From an uncultured delta proteobacterium (lineage in GTDB: Bacteria; Myxococcota; Kuafuiibacteriia; Kuafuiibacteriales; Kuafuiibacteriaceae), in contig CAWDML010000015.1 of assembly GCA_963803435.1 (NCBI GenBank), forward strand, positions 32,001-96,000: a stretch of 64,000 nucleotides of DNA, in the 5' to 3' direction. The translations under genes and the position numbers were made by a program. Positions 59,189-64,000 of this stretch are shown here, in pieces (the first letter of the stretch is position 1; every line of letters starts with the position of its first letter). The notes beneath the pieces are model-generated. The model saw only the letters and a list, made by a program, of their open reading frames with translations, searched no databases and was not told where the DNA came from.

Positions 59189-62187
59189 TCGTGCGTCTCC
59201 TCTCGGTTCTCCAGCTTGCGGTTCTTCACCAGCGAGTAGAACTTCTCCATCCCGTGTTGATCGTCGACCAGGTAGCGCGATACGGCGCTCGAGATGGCGC
59301 GGATGTCCTCGGCGTCGGGTGAGCCGTCGTCGAGCGGATTGATCCGGTTGCCCTGGCGGATCGCACCGGTGAGGCCGTAGACGTAGAGCCCGCCGGCCGG
59401 CCGGGGATCGATCGCACGGCGCACCACCTCCAGCATGAACTCCTCGGGATCGACATCCAGCGAGCGCTCGGTGAGCGTCGCCGTCTGATAGAGCAGGTCC
59501 TGGGCGGGATCGAGCTCGCGCCCGAGGAAGTGGATCATCCCCACGGCCACGCGCCCGTCCTTGGCCGCCTCGAGCGCGTCGCCCAGCGTCACCAGCAGAT
59601 CGCCGAAGCCGCGCTCCTCGTCGAACAGCTCGTCGCGCAGATCGCCGAAGGCCTCGTCGAAGCGTGGATCCCCGTCGATCGCGTAGAGGAGATCGAAGAT
59701 CGCAGGCAGCTCCTCGGAGGTGATGGTGTCGTCGATCCCCGAGAAGGCGTCGTCCTGGATCCAACGCGACAGCGCGGCGTCGTTCGTGTGGTGCAGGCGG
59801 GCGCGGGCCTCGATGAACGAGAGCAAGTGCACCAGGAGCGGGACGGCGCGGCGGTTCTGGAGCTGTCCACTCTCGGGCCCGGTGCGCGCCACCTTCAGGA
59901 GGACGTCGTCGAGCGCGTCGACCACCTCGTCCCACTCGGCCTTGGTGGTGGCGCTGCGCGTGACCACGCGCTTGAGGTCGTGCTTCGCGGAGCGGATCAG
60001 GTCGAACGGCGACAGCGGCGTGATGCGCTCACCGTCGATGATCACCTGCCGGGTCCCGGCGCGGTTCTGGAGGTTGCCGTCCTTGGTCAGGAGCTTGCGG
60101 GCCACCGACAGCACCACCTGGCTGGTCTGGCGTCCGGAGGAGAGCCGGAGCGGCTCGGTCTCCACCAGGAGCTTCCGTACGCCGTCGAGCATCCGCGTGT
60201 TCTCGAACGTGTCGATCAGGAGCGGCTCGTAGCGCGCAATGCCGGAGAGCTTGGAGTAGCGCGGACTGTCCGCGGACTGGCTCTGGTAGTCGCCGCCCTC
60301 CTTGCTGGCCCAGTGCACGTGGAGGATCTCGAACAGCTCGATCAAGAGGTCGAGCTGGCCGTGGTCGTAGAAGACCTGGATCAACGGCCGCAGCACGTCT
60401 GCGAAGCCGCTGCTGGTGAGCGCGAAGAGCGTGTCGCCGTCGTTGTCCTTGACGTCGATCCCCTCCCGGCCGACCGGGTTGCCGAACGTCTGATCCTGGT
60501 TGAGGAAGACGGCCAGCTCCTCGGGCGTGGGGCGCGTGGAGAGACCGGTGAGCGTCGAGACCAGGCTGGGGACCTCGGCCTGGCCGATGATGGAGAGGAT
60601 GTAGAACTCGACGAGGTCGTCGATCTCGAAGATGAACCCGAGCGGGATCCCGATCAGGTGCGGCTCGTAGCGCGCGCCGCTGGTGTCGTACATCAGGTGG
60701 AGCATCCGTTGCTGGATGCTCTGGTTGCCGGGGACGTCGGGCCGGCTGCGATCGACGCTCTCGGTGAACACGGTGCCCGCGGCGACGTCGGCCTCGGTGA
60801 TGAGGTCCTTCTTGTGGCTGAGCAGGGTCGAGGTGGTCGCTGGCAGGTTGTCGAAGATCGGATCCTTCAGCGTCTCGAGGATGTCCTCGGCCAGCCCGGG
60901 CTCGCGCAGCACCTTGCGGACCCAGCCCATGAAGTCGTTGAAGAAGCTGCTCCCGGGCTCGAGGCCGATCGGGTACCGGTCGGCGACGTCGAACTGGGCG
61001 TCCATCTCCAGCAGGATCCAGCCGAACGTGGCCTCGTGCTGCTCGATCAGCGTGCGGAGGAGCTCGAGCAGGTCCGGGAGCTCGGCGAGGTCGATCGTCT
61101 GCTGGATCGAGTAGATCAGATCGAGCAGTGGATTGTTCGGGCTGTAGGTGCCGTCCGCAGTGCGCTGGCCCAGGATGGTGTCGATGCTGCGGACCGCCTT
61201 CATCGGGATGCCGCGATCGATCAGCGTACGCGTGTCGCGGAGCAGTCCGGCCATCAGCGTGCGGTCCAGATCGACGTACTGGTAGATCGGCTGACCCGTG
61301 CCGGCCTCGAGCGGTCGGCCCATCTGATCGCGGTTGCCCCCCGCGCCGAACGGCGGGAGCACGATCGGCTGGCCGGCGGTGTCGACGAACTGGCCGGCGC
61401 CGTCGATGTCGGGGAGGCCGTCGAGATCCTCGTCGACGAAGGGCGTGGGCATGTTGCCGTTGGGCGCCTCGACGCGGGCCATGCCGCGGACGTCCCGCGC
61501 GACGATCACCGGAGCGTCGGTGCTGCCACCGTCGAGGCGCGGATCCTCGGAGAGCATGAGGTCGGTCATCAGCACGATCGTGCGCTGGTCGTCGTCGGAG
61601 ATCTCGAAGTCTCGCAGATGCTCGGCCGCGATCCGCTGAACGCGGGCGAAGGCGTCGCTCTCGGCGGCATCGGGAGCGCCCTGGGCGTCGAGGCCGTCGT
61701 GGGAGAGGGCGAGCTCGAGCGTCGCCTTCACCAGATCGGTATACGCAGGATACCTTGCAATCCGGCGGACGAGCGCCTCCTCGTGCGGGAGGTCGACGTA
61801 GCCCGTGCGGTTCATGATCGCGGCCGCCGACTCCAGCGCGTCCGGGTCGAGGGTCAGCCGCTCGAAGACGCCGGAGAGGCGCTCGGTGACGCCGGGGAGC
61901 GTGCGGTCGTCGTAGAGCGGGAGCAGCGTGACCAGGAAGTTTTGCGTATGGCTCTGCTCCACCGGCGGAAACACGTGATCGACGGACGCCACGAAGCCGT
62001 CGTGGGCGAGCTGGAAGCCTTCGGCGCGGCGTGGGTTCTCGCGCTCGAAGTCCCGCTGGAACAGCCGGAAGATCTCCTCGCCCAGCGTGCCGCGCTCGGG
62101 GGGATGACGGGTCGTGTCGAGCGGCGGCTCCTTGCACGCCGCGGTGACGGCGAGGAGCGCGACGATCAGGAGGCGCAGCTGGGGCAC
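59185..62187 (-). CDS. Large (~1000 aa) acidic helical lipoprotein of unknown function
   Basis: LLAVTAA-C lipobox; DEDLDGLPD Ca-binding-like loop; ATGA overlap with the FadL-like gene. Confidence 0.75.
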   Translation of the reverse strand: MPQLRLLIVALLAVTAACKEPPLDTTRHPPERGTLGEEIFRLFQRDFERENPRRAEGFQLAHDGFVASVDHVFPPVEQSHTQNFLVTLLPLYDDRTLPGVTERLSGVFERLTLDPDALESAAAIMNRTGYVDLPHEEALVRRIARYPAYTDLVKATLELALSHDGLDAQGAPDAAESDAFARVQRIAAEHLRDFEISDDDQRTIVLMTDLMLSEDPRLDGGSTDAPVIVARDVRGMARVEAPNGNMPTPFVDEDLDGLPDIDGAGQFVDTAGQPIVLPPFGAGGNRDQMGRPLEAGTGQPIYQYVDLDRTLMAGLLRDTRTLIDRGIPMKAVRSIDTILGQRTADGTYSPNNPLLDLIYSIQQTIDLAELPDLLELLRTLIEQHEATFGWILLEMDAQFDVADRYPIGLEPGSSFFNDFMGWVRKVLREPGLAEDILETLKDPIFDNLPATTSTLLSHKKDLITEADVAAGTVFTESVDRSRPDVPGNQSIQQRMLHLMYDTSGARYEPHLIGIPLGFIFEIDDLVEFYILSIIGQAEVPSLVSTLTGLSTRPTPEELAVFLNQDQTFGNPVGREGIDVKDNDGDTLFALTSSGFADVLRPLIQVFYDHGQLDLLIELFEILHVHWASKEGGDYQSQSADSPRYSKLSGIARYEPLLIDTFENTRMLDGVRKLLVETEPLRLSSGRQTSQVVLSVARKLLTKDGNLQNRAGTRQVIIDGERITPLSPFDLIRSAKHDLKRVVTRSATTKAEWDEVVDALDDVLLKVARTGPESGQLQNRRAVPLLVHLLSFIEARARLHHTNDAALSRWIQDDAFSGIDDTITSEELPAIFDLLYAIDGDPRFDEAFGDLRDELFDEERGFGDLLVTLGDALEAAKDGRVAVGMIHFLGRELDPAQDLLYQTATLTERSLDVDPEEFMLEVVRRAIDPRPAGGLYVYGLTGAIRQGNRINPLDDGSPDAEDIRAISSAVSRYLVDDQHGMEKFYSLVKNRKLENREETHE

Positions 62188-62254
62188 AGCCCATTGGAGG
62201 GCATCGCGCGCATTCGGGCATCGGACTCGTGTCGCATGAGGTAGGATTGGCGAC

Positions 62255-62737
62255 ATGAGCGACGACGCCCTCCCTCACCTGGACGCGCGCGGGCAGGCCC
62301 GAATGGTCGACGTGGGTGAAAAGGAGGTCTCGCACCGGATCGCGGTGGCGGAGGCCCTCGTGCGGATGACCCCGGAGACGGTCCGCCGCTTGACCGACGG
62401 CGGGGTCGAGAAGGGCGACGCCCTGGCGGTGGCGCGGATCGCCGGGATCGCCGGGAGCAAGCGGGTCGCCGACCTGATCCCCCTGGCGCACCCGATCGCC
62501 CTCACGCACGTGAAGATCGAGCTCGAACCCCGGGAAGCAGAGGGCGAGGTCCGGATCGAGGCGCGGGTCGAGACCCACGGGCGCACCGGGGTCGAGATGG
62601 AGGCCCTCACCGCCGCCAGCGTGGCCGGGCTGGCGCTGTACGACATGATCAAGAAGGCGGACCGGGGCGCCCGGATCGAGCGCGTCCAGCTGCTCGAGAA
62701 GTCGGGCGGTCGGAGTGGACACTGGCGCCGGGACTGA
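62255..62737 (+). CDS. moaC: Cyclic pyranopterin monophosphate synthase
   Basis: MVDVGEK, KGDALAVARIAGI, LIPLAHP, TGVEMEAL, YDMIK, KSGG. Confidence 0.95.
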   Translation: MSDDALPHLDARGQARMVDVGEKEVSHRIAVAEALVRMTPETVRRLTDGGVEKGDALAVARIAGIAGSKRVADLIPLAHPIALTHVKIELEPREAEGEVRIEARVETHGRTGVEMEALTAASVAGLALYDMIKKADRGARIERVQLLEKSGGRSGHWRRD

Positions 62738-62790
62738 GGGATCAGACTTTATTTCTGGAAGGTGGACCGTTTTCGGCCGTGAGGCCCACC

Positions 62791-63351
62791 ATGTTCAACG
62801 GCGGGATGGGTCCTTCGGTCACGCACCTTCGGCTCGTCGGCGATCGGACCCCCGAGCCGCCGCTCGAGCCGATCCGAAGCTTCGACGACTGCTTCCGCCG
62901 CTACCATCGGCTCGTCGCGACCATCGGTCTGCGCATGCTGGGCACGCGCGGCGAGGTCGAGGACTTCGTGCAGGACGTCTTCCTCGAGGTTCACAAGTCG
63001 TACGGGTCGCTGCGGGATCCGTCCGCCGCCAAGGGGTGGATCCGCGCGATCGCGGTGCGCGTCGCGATCAAGCGGCTCCGTCGGCGCCGGCTGAAGGCGG
63101 CCTTCGGTCTGGACGAGCCCTCGGATCTGGGACCGTTTCCGGTGGAGGCGAACCAGGAGCAGGCCGCGATGGTGTCGGAGGTGTATCGCGCGCTCGAGTC
63201 CGTGCCGGCGAAGGCGCGCGTCGTCTGGGTGCTGCGCCACGTCGAGGGGGAGAAGCTCGAAGCCATCGCGGAGGTGGCGGGCATGGGACTGACCACAGTC
63301 AAGCGTCACCTTGCCGTCGCGACCGCACGGCTCCAGGAGGTGTTTCGATGA
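62791..63351 (+). CDS. ECF RNA polymerase sigma factor
   Basis: EDFVQDVFL, WIRAIA, region 4 EAIAEVAGMGLTTVKRHL. Confidence 0.88.
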   Translation: MFNGGMGPSVTHLRLVGDRTPEPPLEPIRSFDDCFRRYHRLVATIGLRMLGTRGEVEDFVQDVFLEVHKSYGSLRDPSAAKGWIRAIAVRVAIKRLRRRRLKAAFGLDEPSDLGPFPVEANQEQAAMVSEVYRALESVPAKARVVWVLRHVEGEKLEAIAEVAGMGLTTVKRHLAVATARLQEVFR

Positions 63352-64000
63352 GCGACGTCGGACACCAGGTGGCCGAGCTGCTCGAGGTCCGCACCACGCC
63401 CGGCGACACCGAGCGTGCGCTGGTGCGGTTCAAGGATTGCCGCCGCCGCCGCCGCCGCCGCCGGATGGTGGTGGCCGCCGCCGCACTGTCGGTGATGGCG
63501 GCGGTGATCGCCGCGCGGATGCTCCTCCCGGTCGCGCACCCGGCCCCCGACGTGATCGCGGCGCACGTCGAGCCGGCCGCAGAGCCCGCGATCGCTCCGG
63601 TCGAGGAGCCGGAGACGATGCGCGTCGTCTACTTCCCGGACGGCTCGCACGCGTACCTGATCAAGCCGCGCACGCAGCTCACGATGGAGGCGCTCTCCGA
63701 CGACCTCCTGGAGCTGACGATGGCGTCCGGCGAGGCCCGCTTCGACGTTCAGCCGAACCCGAGGCGGCTGTTCCGCGTGCGGACCGAGGACCTCCGGATC
63801 GAGGTCCTCGGCACGTCCTTTACTGTGACCGCGGAGGAGGGCTCGACGCGCGTGCTGGTGCACCGCGGCCGGGTGGCGGTCTACCAGGGGCAGAACCGTC
63901 ACGAGCTGGCCAGCGGCATGTCGTTCAGCTTCGACGGTGAGCGCGCGATCGTCGAGGGCCAGCCCGAGGAGACGCCGGTCAAGCAGAAGCGCTCGCGGCG
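63348..64000 (+). CDS. FecR-domain anti-sigma factor (partial, runs off the right edge)
   Basis: ATGA overlap with the sigma gene; poly-Arg + TM; FPDGS, GEARFDV, VLGTSF, VHRGRV. Confidence 0.8.
   Translation, partial: MSDVGHQVAELLEVRTTPGDTERALVRFKDCRRRRRRRRMVVAAAALSVMAAVIAARMLLPVAHPAPDVIAAHVEPAAEPAIAPVEEPETMRVVYFPDGSHAYLIKPRTQLTMEALSDDLLELTMASGEARFDVQPNPRRLFRVRTEDLRIEVLGTSFTVTAEEGSTRVLVHRGRVAVYQGQNRHELASGMSFSFDGERAIVEGQPEETPVKQKRSR

Noticed and set aside
63439-63462. (GCC)8 microsatellite as a phase-variation switch
   Set aside because: Triplet unit keeps the frame; it encodes the poly-Arg before the TM helix

Overview
High-GC bacterial chromosomal window, very probably Myxococcota (MYXO-CTERM-type tail, MshEN, FHA and FecR/ECF proteins). 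Housekeeping genes include dnaE, xdhAB, murB, nth, asd, hemW-hrcA-grpE-dnaK and moaC. I found no rRNA, tRNA or CRISPR array. Main points: (1) A tightly coupled ~12 kb minus-strand operon (13.8-26.1 kb) that the ORF track fragments. After removing single inserted bases it encodes an immunity-like small protein, an M28 peptidase fused to a long helical domain, a ~1060 aa helical protein with an unknown C-terminal catalytic-looking domain, an atypical glutamyl-tRNA synthetase with an N-terminal leader, a SycD/LcrH-like chaperone-domain protein and a COOH-NH2 amidoligase. This is a candidate glutamylation/peptide-tagging or secreted-effector system. (2) Two independent cassettes share one architecture: a four-helix-bundle gene plus a divergent decayed transposase-like gene, bracketed by inverted short tandem repeats, between convergent host genes. 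(3) A GgpPS-type osmolyte synthase is translationally coupled to PfkB, GH4, PIG-L and SIS genes. (4) A 122-nt hairpin after dnaE has G-U-consistent substitutions. (5) A peroxisome-type MFE-2/SCPx pair. Most reading-frame breaks are +1 insertions at or beside GATC, which points to a systematic, probably methylation-linked sequencing error rather than true pseudogenes. All family calls come from motifs read by eye; no searches were run.
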